Of a stretch of DNA of 64,000 nucleotides, positions 11,701 to 24,346 are shown one piece after another. Origin of the DNA: Mobula hypostoma (Eukaryota). Numbering within the stretch: position 1 is the stretch's first letter; every line of letters begins with the position of its first letter. The translations under genes were made by a program, and so were the position numbers. Where the stretch lies: contig NC_086108.1 in assembly GCF_963921235.1 (NCBI RefSeq), forward strand, positions 14,198,001 through 14,262,000. Reading direction: 5' to 3'. The notes beneath the pieces were generated by a model, which saw only the letters and a list, made by a program, of their open reading frames with translations, was not told the DNA's origin and made no database searches.

Positions 11701-13030
11701 GCCCACTAGATGAGCTCTCCAGTCTGACCTGTCTGAGCACTGCCATGCTATTTTTCTTAACTACAGTCGGCCCTCCTTATCCGTGGGTTCCACATGCATG
11801 GATTCAACCAACTGCAGATCGGGAAAACCCGCAAGTTCTCTCTCCTGCACTCATTGTTTGAGCATTTTTTTCTTGTCATTATTCCCTAAACAATACAGTA
11901 TAACAACTATTTACATTGTATTAGGTATTATAAGTAATCTAGAGATGGTTTAAAGTGTATGGGAGGATGTGCGTAGGTTATATGCAAATACTACGCTATT
12001 TTATATAATGGATTTGAGTATCCAGGTTTTTTGGTATCCACGGGGGCGGGGGGGGGTCCCAGAACCAATCCCCCGCAGATAAGGAAGGCCGACTGTAGTT
12101 ATGCCGCTCCTCCCCCATTGATCCCTCCCACTCTGTCACATCTAATACAACAAATCCCTGGAACTTTGACCTGCCAGTCATAGCCTTCCAGGAAAAAGAA
12201 GTCTCACTAATCACTACAATGTCTGAATTCTACGTGTTGATCCATGCCCCAAGCTCTTCCATCCTTCCCTCAATACTCCTTGCATTGAAATGTACACAGC
12301 TCAGAACATTAGTCCCACCATGCTCAAGCCTTTTGATTCTTGGCTTTGTAGCCTCAACAATATCTTTCTCCGCATTCTCTCCACTCACTGTTCAGGTACT
12401 CTGGTTCACATCCCCCTGCAACTCCAGTTTAACCTCCCCCCACTCCCCCATGCAGCACTAGCAAACCTTTCCACTAGGATATTAGACCCCCTCCAGTTCA
12501 GCTGCAAACGGTCTCATCTGTACAGGTCTCACCTTCCCTGGAAGAGAGCCCATGACCCAAAAATCTGAAGCCCTCCTTCCTGCACCATTCCTTAGCTACA
12601 AGTTAAGCTGTGTTATCTTACTATTTATGGCCTTACTAGACTTGGCACAGGTGGCAATACTGAGATCACAACCCTGGAGGTCCTGTCTTTTAACTTAGCA
12701 CCTAACTCCCTGAACTCACTTTGGAGGACCTTCTATCTCCTCTACCCATGACATTAGTGCCAACATGGACCATGACCTCTGGCTGCTCACCCTCCCACTT
12801 AAGGATGCTGTGGTCTCGGTCTGAGATGTCCCTGACCCTGTCCCGGGAGGCAACATACTTTCTGGGAATCTCATTCTCATCTACAGAACCTCCAATCTTT
12901 TCCCCTAACTGTTAAATCCTCTGTCACTACAGCTTGCCCCATTCCCCTTCCCCTTCCCTTCTGAGCCACAGAGCCAGACTCAGTGCCAGAGACCTGACTG
13001 CTGTGGCTTTCCTCTACTAGGTCATCCTCA
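8750..13030 (-). mobile_element. Degenerate CR1 LINE(s): ORF1 end, APE endonuclease, RT and 3' end
   Basis: Fragments YRPPNS, KFPRA/PGPD region, PGNYKP.SL.S, QHGF, FVDDTK, RDLGIQV. Confidence 0.85.
11764..12095. mobile_element. Tigger/pogo-type MITE resembling mammalian MER2
   Basis: TA-flanked TIRs CAGTCGGCCCTCCTTATC...GATAAGGAAGGCCGACTG; internal sequence matches my recollection of MER2; inserted in CR1. Confidence 0.8.
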
Positions 13031-13357
13031 AGGGTATTGGAGTTTCTGTATCAGGCTGTGATGCAACCAGTCAATATACTCTCCACCATACATCTATAGA
13101 AGTTTTTCAAAGTTTTAGATGATATTCCAAATGTACACAAACTTCTAAGGAAGTAGAGGTGCTGCTGTGCTTTCTTCATAATTGCACTTACATGCTGGGC
13201 CCAGGACACGCCCTTAGAAATGATAACACCAAGGAATTTAAAGTTGCTGACCCTCTCCACCTCTGAGCCCCTGATGAGGACTGGCTCATGGATCTGTTTT
13301 CTTCCTCATGAAGTCAATAATCAGCTCCTTGGGCTTGCTGACATTGAGTAAGAGGTT

Positions 13358-14106
13358 ACGCTGGGGTGATATACTGTGTCCGGTGCTCCCGATGTGGCCT
13401 TCTATATATTGGCGAGACCCGACGCAGACTGGGAGATCATTTCGTTGTACACCTACGCTCTGTCCGCCAGAGAAAGCAGGATCTCCCAGTGGCCGCATAT
13501 TTTAATTCCACGTCCCATTCCCATTCTGATATGTCTATCCACAGCCTCCTCTACTGTAAAGATGAAACCACACTCAGGTTGGAGGAACAACACCTTATAT
13601 TCCATCTGGGTAGCCTCCAACCTGATGGCATGAACATTGACTTCTCAAACTTCCACTAGTGCCCCACCTCCCCCTTGTACCCCATCTGTTATTTATTTAT
13701 TTATTTATATATACACACACACATTCTTTTTCTCTCTCTCCTTTTTCTCCCTCTGTCCCTCTCACTATACCCCTTGCCCATCCTCTGTGCTTTATCCCCC
13801 CCTCCCCCTTTTCTTTCTCCCTAGGCCTCCTGTCCCATGATCCTCTCATATCCCTTTTGCCAATCAACTTTCCAGCTCTTGGCTCCATCCCTCCCCCTCC
13901 TGTCTTCTCCTATCATTTCAGATCTCCCCCTCCCCTTCCCACTTTCAAATCTCTTACTAGCTCTTCCTTCAGTTAGTCCTGACGAAGGGTCTCGGCCCAA
14001 AACGTCGACTGAACCTCTTCCTAGAGATGCTGCCTGACCTGCTGTGTTCACCAGCAACTTTTATGTGTGTTGCTTGAAATTCCAGCATCTGCAGATTTCC
14101 TCGTGT
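13358..14106 (+). mobile_element. 5'-truncated Penelope-like element (GIY-YIG end + 3' region with tail)
   Basis: ORF 13366..13659 IYCVRC..LYIGETRRR; direct repeat TTGAGTAAGAG(G/A)TT at 13344-13357 and 14107-14120. Confidence 0.92.
13974..14011 (+). ncRNA. Hammerhead motif, core mutated (GAAA to AAAA)
   Basis: tagtc CTGACGA agggtctcggccc AAAA cg TC gactg. Confidence 0.65.
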
Positions 14107-14382
14107 TTGAGTAAGAGATTGTTGTTTTGGCACCACTCTGCCAGATTTTCAATCTCCCTCCTATATGCTGATGTTTCATTCACTTTAATTTGGCCAACAA
14201 CAGTGGTGTGGTCAGCAAATCTGAATATGGCATTGGAGCTGTGTTTAGTGTCTTAGTGTCACAGTAGCAAGTAGAGCAGGAGGGTAAGCACACAGCCTTG
14301 TGGTGCAACTGTGTTGATAGTGATTGTGGAGGAGATATTGTTGCCAATTTGAGCTGACTGGGGTCTGTAAGTGAGGAAGCTC

Positions 14383-14668
14383 TATTTATTTATTTAGTGA
14401 TATAGTACGGAGTTGGCCCTTCTGGCCCTTTGAGCCACATTGCCGTGGCAACCCCTGACAAACCTGATTAACCCTGACCTAATCACGGGACAATTTACAA
14501 TGACCAATTAACCTACCCTGAACCTCTGTGGACTGTGGGAGGAAACCAAAGTACGCGAGGAAAGCCCATGCATTCCACGGGGAAGATGTACAGAGACTCC
14601 CTGAACGGTGCCGGGATTGAACTCCGAAACGGCCCGAGCTGGCGTGTCATTGCGCTAACTGCTTTCTG
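14383..14668 (-). mobile_element. tRNA-derived SINE with CR1-like tail (V-SINE/HE1-like)
   Basis: B-box-like GAGTTCAATCCC on the minus strand, central TGTGGGAGGAAACC block, (TAAA)n tail. Confidence 0.65.
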
Positions 14669-14805
14669 CCTTGGTGTTGAGGATCCAGTTGAACAAAGGG
14701 GTATTGAGGCCTAGGTATTAAATCTTATTGATTAGTCCACCCCACGTGACAAACAAGAGGTGGCTCTTGGGCGGGCAGAAATTTCCCATAGTAGCAGTTT
14801 TTCAC

Positions 14806-14956
14806 CTTGACATCCTCCTTGCTCAGTGTGCCACAATGCCATGCAAGGAGTGATGGAATAGAAATGGCTTCCTCTGGATTTGTTCCAGGCATTGGCGGAG
14901 CCGGTCTCGGTGTTCTTCCAAAGTGGCGACAATTGTATCGTTCTCTCTGCCAAGTG
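14806..14956 (-). CDS. Candidate internal coding exon (151 bp, phase 2 to phase 0)
   Basis: Acceptor cacttgtacttcAG, donor AAG/GTGAAA, CpG-retaining non-repeat-looking sequence; TWQRERYNCRHFGRTPR...SKEDVK. Confidence 0.4.
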
Positions 14957-15949
14957 CTGAAGTACAAGTGATGGCGCTTAAGGGATTTCCAAAACGCACT
15001 ACTGAAGGAGTGCTATAATGTGGCACTTGCCATTTTGAATGGGATTGTGAAATATAAGACTTTGCTTTACAGTTGGCTGAATTCTAAATGTTGGTGTTTC
15101 CGTAGTGTGCTGGTCAGAGTAAGAGGTGTGAATGTAATTTAACAATTGTTCATATTTCATAGAGTAAAACAGCAGAGAAACAGGCCCTTTGGTCCACTAT
15201 GTCCATGCAAGCCATGACATAGAGTATATTGAATAAAACATAAATATATCATTGCATCCACCCTTACATAATAGGAATCTCAGAGATTCATATTACATAG
15301 CACATTATATAATCCTGAATATATTGAAATAAAATGCCTTAATGCTGTTGATTGTGCCTTTAGGGAAATTGTTGTATTGCTTATATTAAAATTTGAGAAG
15401 GAGTGGTACATTAAAAGTGAACTCTATTGCAGAAGAAATTATGTGTGTTGCTATATTTGTTAGAATCAGATTTGTTATGTGATTTTGTGTTTCTGTGATT
15501 TTATGTCTTTGCACTGTACTGCTGCCAGAAAACAACAAATTTCACATCAGAAAACTTACAAATTACATAAATAGTGCAAAAAGGAATAATAAAGGGAATA
15601 GTGTTCCTGGATTTGTGGACAGTTTCAGAAATCTGATGACAGAAGGGAAGAAGCTGTTCCTGTATCAAAGAGTGTGAGTCTTCAGGCTCCTGTTACTCTT
15701 CCCTGATGGTAGTAATGAGAAGAGGGCATGACCTGGATGGCGAGGTTTCTTGGAGAGAGTAATAATGCATGTCTTCAGGAGTATTGTTCCAGTTCAGGAG
15801 AATCACGCAGGCATGTTTTTCGAGGGGATGCTATTATATATCAATACGGATATCTCAAGGATGTCTGTTAATACAAGTGCACATTTCTGTGGAGTATCAT
15901 AAATCAAAGATGAGTCTCCAAATCACTGGCTGGAGATAGATAGCAGAAT

Positions 15950-17395
15950 TAGAACATTAGAAAGGTTTGTTCAAGACCAGGCCATTCAGCCCAACAAAGC
16001 TCGCCAAATTCCCATTCACATAGTGTGTTGAAATAACTATTGAGTTTAGATTTGAAAGTCTCTAAGGTAGTACTCTGAACTACACAACTAGTTAGTTTGT
16101 TCCACGTGTCCACAACTCGCTGTGTAAAGAAATGCTTCCTGATGTTAGTGTGAAATCTCCCTTTAGCCAGTCTCTACCTGTGGTCCCATGTCCTCGTTGA
16201 TGGGTTAATTTTGAAGTAGCAGCTGACATCCACCTGACTTATACCCTGAATGATTTTGAACACTTCTATCATGTCTCGCTTCTCATTCCACAGATCTGGA
16301 ACGAGTCTAGTTGCCCTTCTTTGGACTCTCTCCAGTGCCTTCACATCCCTCACACAATATGGAGACCAAAATTGTGCACAGTTCTCAAGGTGTGGCCTCA
16401 CAAGCACATTATACAGCTTAAAGAGAACGTCTCTAGACTTGAACTGCACTGAGTGCGTTACAGTATATAGTCTAACATTCTATTAGCCTTTCTAATCACT
16501 TCTGTGCATTGTGTAGATGCTGATAGTGATGAGTCTACAGGGTGCCCAAATCCTCCTCATACAGTGCACTTTCTAACTCAAGACCCGTCCCATTGTATAT
16601 TTATATCTAATATTTCTACTTCCTATATGTAATATTTTACAATTACTCACATTAAATTTCATCTGCCACTTATCTGCCCACATCTATTTTTTATTTAGAT
16701 CTAACTGTATTGATTCAGCTGCCTGAATGTTATCAGCTTGTCACCTTAATTTTGTGTCATCAGCAAACCTTAGTAGTTTATTTGTTATGTACTTATCCAA
16801 ATCATTAATGTAAGTTAAAAACAGCAAACTGCCCCAAAACTGATCCGGTGGAACCTCACTTTTAACATCTAAGTGTGAAAATGATCCTCTCAGCATAACA
16901 TAGTGTTTTCTGTTTTTGAGTCAATTCTGCACCCATTCACAAACCTTACCCTGAACCCCTATCCCCTGTGATTTTATTATTAATCTTTTGTGGGGTACCT
17001 AGTCAAAAAGCTTCTGAAAGTCCAAGTAAATTATATCAGCTGCTCTATTGTTATCATAGATTTTAGTTGCCTCTTCGTAGAACTCCAGCATATTAGTAAA
17101 ACATGAGTTCCCCTTTTCTGAACCCATGCTGACCTTCTGCTAATATGCCTATTCTTACCAGCTGCTTTTCCATCTCATTCTTTATTAATGTTTCCATTAT
17201 ATTGCCTGTGAAACACCTGGTCTATAGTTACCAGGGTCAGTGCGGTCACCCTTCTTATATAACGGGACAATGTTGGTCCAATTCCAGTCCTTAAGGATTT
17301 CACCAGTTTTCACTGACTTTTGAAAAATACATGTTAGGGGTTTGTATATATAAACACTGACCTCTTTAAGTACCCTTGGATATATTGTACCTGCT
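15950..17395 (-). mobile_element. CR1 LINE RT/3' fragment
   Basis: KKGDRTDPGNYRP, LVRPHLENCAQFWSPY, LERVQRRATRLV. Confidence 0.85.
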
Positions 17396-17999
17396 TTGGG
17401 AGAAGTGCTAAACCGAAAGGGACATTTCTCTGAGAGGAGAGGGAAGGATAATAGAGGGAAAGTGGAGGAAGGAAGGAGAGAAAAAAGAAACAACAATAAT
17501 AGAAAATATCTGAAAAATTGTGGTAATGTTAGAATAGATGAGGGTGGAATTAATGGATGTGACCTGTTGACATTTTCAGAATCTTTTCAATAAAGTCCCA
17601 CAAAGGTGATCAGTCAATAGGGTAAATGTACCCAGAGTTTTACTTGTTTTCTTACGATGACAATTAATGGAAGTCACTAATGTCACGATAACATTATTGG
17701 AGATTATGCTCATGCCATCTCCCAACAGCGCGTGTTTCCTCCTTTACTTCTTTCCCTTTAGCCCTGCAACTTTACTCTCAGTCACATACACATCCATCAA
17801 TCATTTTTTCATTCTCCTGCTATTTTCTTAATGTTAGGGTTCAGGTTACAGTTAGCAGCTAACTCCCACAGGATGTCCTTGGGGTGTAGGAAGGGCCAAG
17901 AGTATAACCGTACCATCCATGCACACTCCATACATTGAACCTGGTCTGACCAATGCTTATAAAGCCTCAGCATCACATCTTTTTTCTTATATTCTAGTC

Positions 18000-19205
18000 C
18001 TGTCAATGCCATCTCTCTGGCCCTACATTCCTCCTCAGAACGCCTGGAGAATAAAGGCGTATACGTAAGGCTACTTTTCATTGACTACAGCTCTGCCTTT
18101 AATACCATCATTCCAAATAAACTGATTCCTAAGCTCCGGAACCTGGGCCTTAGCACTCAGATCTGCAGCTGGATCTTCAACTTCCTCACAGACAGGACCC
18201 AGGCTGTAAAAATTGGGGACAAGGTCTCCTCTACAATCACTCTGAGCACTGGTGCCGCACAAGGCTGGGTACTCAGCCCCCTGCTGTACTCACTGTACAC
18301 CCATGATTGTGTAGCCAAGTTTCCATCAAACTCAATATATAAGCTTGCTGATGACACAACAATTGTAGGCCGTACAGAGAAGAAATTAAGAACCTGGTGG
18401 CATGGTGCGAAGACAATAACCTATCCCTCAACGTCAGCAAGACGAAGGAATTGGTTGTTGACTTCAGAAGGAGTAGCGGACTGCACGACCCCATTTACAT
18501 CGGTGGTGTGCAAGTTGAACAGGTCAAAAGCTTTAAGCTCCCCAGGGTCAATATCACAAATGACCTGACTTGGTCCAACCAAGCAGAATTCACTGCCAAG
18601 AAGGCCAACCAGCGCTTTTACTTCCTGAGAAAACTAAAGAAATTTGGCCTGTCCCCTAAAACCCTCACTAATTTTTATAGATACACCGTAGAAAGCATTC
18701 TTCTAGGATGCATCACAACCTGGTGTGGAAGTTGTCCTGTCCAAGACCGGAAGAAGCTGCAGAAGATCGTGAACACGGCGCAGCACATCACACAAACCAA
18801 TCTTCTGTTCTTGGACTCACTTTACACTGCATGCTGTCGGAGCAGTGCTGCCAGTATAATCAGGGACACAACCCACCCAGCCAACACACTTTTCGTCCCT
18901 CTTCCCTCTGGGAGATGGCTCAGGAGCTTGAAGACTCATATGGCCAGATTTGGGAACAGCTTCTTTCCAACTGTGATAAGACTGCTGAATGGATCCTGAC
19001 CCGGATCTGGGCCATACCCTTCAAATATCTGGACCTGCCTCTCAGTTTTTTTGCACTACCTTACTTTCCATTTTTCTATTTTCTATTTATGATTTATAAT
19101 GTAAATTTTTAATGTTTACTAATTTTTACTATTTTAATATTTTTAATATTTACTATTTGTAATCCAGGGAGTGGGAAGTGCAGAATCAAATATCGCTGTG
19201 ATGAT
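18000..19205 (+). mobile_element. Rex1/Babar-type LINE, 5'-truncated
   Basis: ORF 18397..18999 [23 protein letters not shown]...NSFFPTVIRLLN. Confidence 0.9.
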
Positions 19206-19209
19206 CTCA

Positions 19210-19830
19210 GATTTTTAAAATGTTTTCCCTGTTTGGAAAATAGTCTCCATCTTTATTCCTTCAACCAAAGTGCATGACCATATATTACCCTGCACTATAT
19301 TCCATCTGTCACTTCTTTGCCCGTACCCCAATTTCTCTAAGTCCTTCTGCAGACTCTATAGTTTCCTCAAAAATTCCTGCCCGTCCACCTATCTTTATAT
19401 AATCTGCAATCATGGCCACATTGCCATCAATTCCAAAAATCCAAATTGTTGATGTATAATGTGAAAAGAAACGTCTCCAATACTGACCTCTGTGGAACAC
19501 CACTGTCACTGACTGCCAACCAGAATAATCCCCCCGCCTTTTATTTCGACTCTTTGCCTCCTGCCAATCAGCTAAACTTCTATCCATGCTTGTACCTTTC
19601 CTGTAATATCATGGGTTCCTATCTTATTAAGTAGGCTTATGTCTGGTACCTTGTCAAAGGCTTTCTGAAAATTCAAATAAACAACAACCTCTAACTCTCC
19701 TTTGTCTATCCTGCCTGTTATTTCCTCAAAGGAATCCAATAGATTCGTTGGCAAGATTTTCCCCTTAAGGAAACCATGCTGACTTTGGCCTACTTTATCA
19801 TACACTTCAGGTACCCCAATGCCTCATGCT
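19210..19830 (-). mobile_element. CR1 RT fragment
   Basis: QSQHGFLKGK, YLNFQKAFDKVP. Confidence 0.8.
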
Positions 19831-20101
19831 TAACAATTTAATAACACCAAGTTAACATGCAGGAGCAAGCAGTAAGGAAGCCAAAAGGTTCATTGGCTTT
19901 TATAGCCTGTGGAGCTGAGTAAAGAAATGTGAGTTCATTTAAAACAATATATTTCTGGATATTGGAGGAATCACGGTTTTTTGGGATGATGCAGAAGGGG
20001 TGGGCCTGTGGCTGAGATAGAAGGTGAGCTATTATGATCTTTATGGATGGGTAGACAGGTTATGTTCTTGAATAAATCTTGATTCTTGTGGAGAGATTGT
20101 A

Positions 20102-20420
20102 CGAGGGGTAATTGATAAGTTCGTGGCCTAAGGCAGAAGGCAGCTCTTGTTACATGCATGTGCACTTCAACTCTTTGAGTGAAAATGCAGAAAGTTTGAA
20201 GTTAATAACTCATCTCCTTCTACTTTAGGCCACGAACCTATCAATCACCTCTGCTGTGGACTACTTCTGGAGGTCCAAAATGCCGAGTTCTACAAAGAAG
20301 GGATCCGTATGCTCTCCGACCGCTGGACTAAGTGTGTAAATGTAGCAAAAAATAAATGTGCCAGGTTTTCTAAAATTGACTCTTTCTACCCTAGGCCACG
20401 AACTTATCAAGCACCCCTCG
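20102..20420 (+). mobile_element. Mariner-derived MITE
   Basis: TIRs CGAGGGGTAATTGATAAGTTCGTGGCCTA / TAGGCCACGAACTTATCAAGCACCCCTCG; transposase C-terminal remnant FYKEGIRMLSDRWTKCV. Confidence 0.85.
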
Positions 20421-20871
20421 TCTATAAGTTGCTTTCAGTGTTCCTTATTAAAACCTATACATGTTCATCATTCACTCAACTAGCCTCCAGTTGCTTTGTG
20501 ATTTCTGCCACTGGATTCTGATGGGGAGTTTGAGATATCCTGACACTCCCATGCAGGCACATCCACTGCCCTCAATTCTGCACATTCTGTTCCCAAGCAG
20601 AAGTGGACTTGGTTGCCAACCAGGTGCACCAGCTAGTGTCCTAGGATAAGACCCCACTGCATCACCTGGAGCCATCCACAAGTTGTCACGTAGTGCAATG
20701 GCAGTTCAACTATGAGCTCTAAAATACTGTTTTTGATACCCTGACCGTGTTAATTTAAAAAAATTTTCTTTTCACATGAATTCCACGAGAGCAAATTTTA
20801 TCCCTTAACTTAAACTTTAGTTCGTGATTTGTGAATCCAGTAAGGGTGATTTCCATTTGTCAAACAGCTTC

Positions 20872-21497
20872 AAAGGCGGGAGGAGAGAGAGCAGCGCGCC
20901 TGCGCGTGCGCAGCCCTCCGGTGAAAAATTATATCGTATCTGTTAAATAGGGGCCGTGAACAATTCTGATTTGATGGAGAATGGACACGAAAGCACAGAA
21001 GAACATCTGGAGAAATTTCTGAAACGCTCGTTTGCTGCTGTCATTGCTGCGTGGTCGGGAATCTTTCAGAGGGTAGGCCTCAAAATCCCCGGCTTTGCCT
21101 GCTGTTGGTGACCGAAGTTGAGGTCGAATAGTTCGGACAGAGATGGCGCTCAGTACTCGGTGTCAGAGAGCTGATCAGAGCTTGAAGTTTTCGGATGACT
21201 CAGAGTCGGACTGTGGTCAGCATGGCAGGGAGAGTTTTTCTTCCTTCTCCCGTCTGCGTGAGATGTGGGACATTTGAGAGACTTTGAACTTTTACTGTGC
21301 TCATGGACTTCTTCATCAAGTTATGGTATTGTTGCACTGTTGTAACTATATGTTATAATTATGTGGTTTTGTTAGTTTTTTCAGTCTTGGTCTGTCCTGT
21401 GTTTTGTGATATCACACCGGAGGAAATATTGTATCATTTCTTAATGCATGCTTTACTAAATGACAATAAAAGAGGACTACGTGTCTTCATAATCTAA
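20872..21497 (+). repeat. Probable non-autonomous LINE-derived repeat
   Basis: GC-rich 5' head and a 3' end (GACAATAAA plus short repeat) resembling the Rex1-type 3' ends in this window. Confidence 0.4.
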
Positions 21498-21779
21498 TGT
21501 GGAGGGTCACCTGTATATGTTTCACTAAATTACCTTCTATTGAAAGCTTTGTTGAGCTTACCCAAACCTGCTCAATCTTTCTTCACAGGTAAACCCTGTT
21601 ATTACAGGAGTCAAGGTTGTGAGCTTTCTTTGTGTGCTTCCAATGCAAGCTTGCCATCTTTACACCCAGAATCTGATACTGTACACAGTGTTCCAGAAAT
21701 GGTCTCAACAATGCCCTATAAAATTGTAACAAAACTTACCTATTTTTATACTTCATATCTCTTATGTTACAAGCTGACA

Positions 21780-22200
21780 GTGAACATTGAATTCTCTGAT
21801 TTCAGGTAAACTTCTTCCCTTTTATCCGTTTTCTCTCTCCTGATCTGCCCAGTTCCTCTGACACCGACCCCAGCCCCCTTCACCCTGTTTCCTTTCCCTC
21901 CTCACCCACTCCATCTGCCCATCACCCACAAACTACTCCCACTGGTCCCACTTCCACATTGTTCCCACTTACCTCATTTGATGCCATGTCCAGCTTTATC
22001 TCCGACTAGATTCCACAAACTGCTGCTCTTTGACACCTCCACCCATCACCTCCCAGCCTCTTTCGCTCTTTCTACGCTCCCCTCCTCCATTTTTTTGTCA
22101 CCCTTCCTCACCTGGGGCCATCTATCACCTGTCTGCTCTTACCCAACCCCTTCATTTCTTTATACTGATTGTCTCCTCTCAACTGGCTCTCTTCCCTATT
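21780..22200 (+). mobile_element. Old PLE 3' fragment
   Basis: NIEFSDFR-stop followed by a pyrimidine-rich 3' region like the other PLE copies. Confidence 0.6.
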
Positions 22201-22708
22201 CGTTTTAAGTCCAAATGAACAGAGAATCAAATTTGTAAAGAGATCACAGACAGTCGCAAGAAACATAAGGTTGTGATAATAGCTAATTTTAACATTCCAC
22301 ATATTGACTTTGACTCTCATACTGTAAAAGGGCTGGATGGGAAAGAATTTGTCAAATGTGTTCATGCATGTGTCCTTAGTACATAGACGCCCCAATTAGT
22401 GAGAGTGTTATACTAGATCTTCTGTTAGGGAATGAGACTGGGCAGTTGACAGAAGTTTGAAGGGGAACACTTTGCCTCTGGTGATCATAATGCCATTAGT
22501 TTCAATTATGAAAAAGATAGGTCTGGTCCAATATTGGAGAAAGGCCAAAATTGATGGTATTGGAAAGGATCAGGCAAGTGTGGATCAGGTCAGGTTATTT
22601 TCTGGCAAAGGTGTACTTGGTAAGTGGGAGGCCTTCAAAAGTAAAATTTTGAGAGTACAGAGTATGTTTCTGTCAGAATAAAAGTCAAGCATAACAGGTA
22701 TAGGGAAC

Positions 22709-22794
22709 ACACAAAAAATGCCGGAGGTGCTCAGCATCTATCGAAAAGAGCAAAACAGTCAACGTTTTGGGCCGAGACCCTTCATCAAGACCAT
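22709..22794 (-). mobile_element. 86-bp PLE-derived mini element consisting of little more than a decayed hammerhead and the 3' end
   Basis: Exact 14-bp direct repeat CAGGTATAGGGAAC at 22695-22708 and 22795-22808. Confidence 0.85.
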
Positions 22795-23509
22795 CAGGTA
22801 TAGGGAACCATGGTTTCTGAGAGAAATTGAGGCCCTGGCTAAGAAAAGAAGGAGGTGCGTAGCAGGTATAGATGGACAGGAACAAATGAGGTACATGAGG
22901 AGTATAAGAAATGTAAGAGAACACAAGCAGGAAATCAGAAGGGCTCAAAGAAGCCATTAGATTGCTCGAGCAGACAAGGTGAAGGAGAATCCCAAGGGGT
23001 TCTTCAGATATATTAAGAGGAAAAGGATAGCAAGGGACAAAATTGGTCCACTGGAAGATCAGAATGATAATCCTTGTGTGGAGCTGAAAGGGACGGGGGA
23101 GAACTTAAATGTTTTTTTGCATCTGTATTTACTTGGGAGATGGACAGAGTCTATCGAAGTGTTGCAAAGCAGCAGCACTGGGTCATGGACCCGATGCAAA
23201 TTACAGAAGAAGAGGTGTTTGCTTGCTTGAGACAAATTAGGGTGGATAAATACCCAGGGCCTGCAAGGTGTTCCTTTGGACCCTGTGGAAGGCAAGTGCT
23301 GAAATTGCCAGGGCCCTAGTAGAGATATTTGAAATATCCTTAGCCATGGGTGAGATGCTATAAGATTGGAGGATAGCTAATGTTGTTCCATTGTTTAAGT
23401 ACTCTCAAGACTAAGCCAAGCAATCGTAGGGTGGTAATGGGAAAGTTATTGGAAGGTATTCTAAGGGACCAGATATGTAAGTATTTGGATAGACAGGAAC
23501 TGATTAAGG

Positions 23510-24346
23510 TGTGACGAAAAACCAAGTTATCAGAAGATTGATGCTAATGAGAGAGAGATAAGGGAGACAATGGAGAAACATTCAATATGTTAATAAGAGA
23601 GGAGAGAGATTAACGAAAAGAGACACAATTCAGAATATTGACAGACCGGTTGCTTTGAACCTGAACTGTTTGAAGTTTGATGGACAGGCGGTACCCCAGC
23701 AGAGGGATAAAAAGAACAGGTTCGCTAGGGCATGACACACACCACGAGATCACGAGATAACGAGACCCTGGAAGAGCGATGTGCCCCCACAAGTTGGTGA
23801 GAGTTTAGAGGTCTGGTTCGAGGGAACCGACCATAGACTCACAGGGTGAAAAGGTACGATCGACGGGAACCTGGTGTGTGTGTCCGCCGTTGCCTGGGTG
23901 CCGGGTTCACCGCGTAAGAGCGGTCGTATCCAGAACGGAGGGGTCACAGTCGGTGACCACAGCGGGATAGAAGACATAAAAGGGTCCGCCCGAAAGCCAA
24001 CTGCGAAGAACATCAAAGGTCTGCTTGAATCAAAATTTGCATCTCTCTCTTTCTCCAACGGCACAACAGCGATTACTGCAAACTGTACTAAGCTGAACTG
24101 AACTCTGCGTCACTTGAGACTGATCATTTTACCCCTAGACTGCGATAGAGCTTGATTGATTCCTATTATCCTAGTTCTGTGTAAATGTGTGTTTTATCAT
24201 TGCTAACCTGTTGCATTTATATCCTTACGATTAGAGTACTGTGTTACTTATTTCCTTAATAAAACTTTATTAGTTTCTGGTAATCCAGACTCCAACTAGT
24301 GGTCCATTTCTGCTGGTTTTGCAACCCAGTTACGGGGTACGTAATA
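23510..24346 (+). mobile_element. Solo LTR (837 bp)
   Basis: TGTGACG...CGTAATA termini (CA mutated to TA), 4-bp TSD AAGG, AATAAA near 24258; splits the CR1 cleanly. Confidence 0.88.

Larger units (their letters stand above)
13030..14380 (-). mobile_element. Rex1/Babar-type LINE fragment interrupted by a PLE
   Basis: LLLNVSKPKELIIDF, ERVSNFKFLGV, KAQQHLYFLR. Confidence 0.8.
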
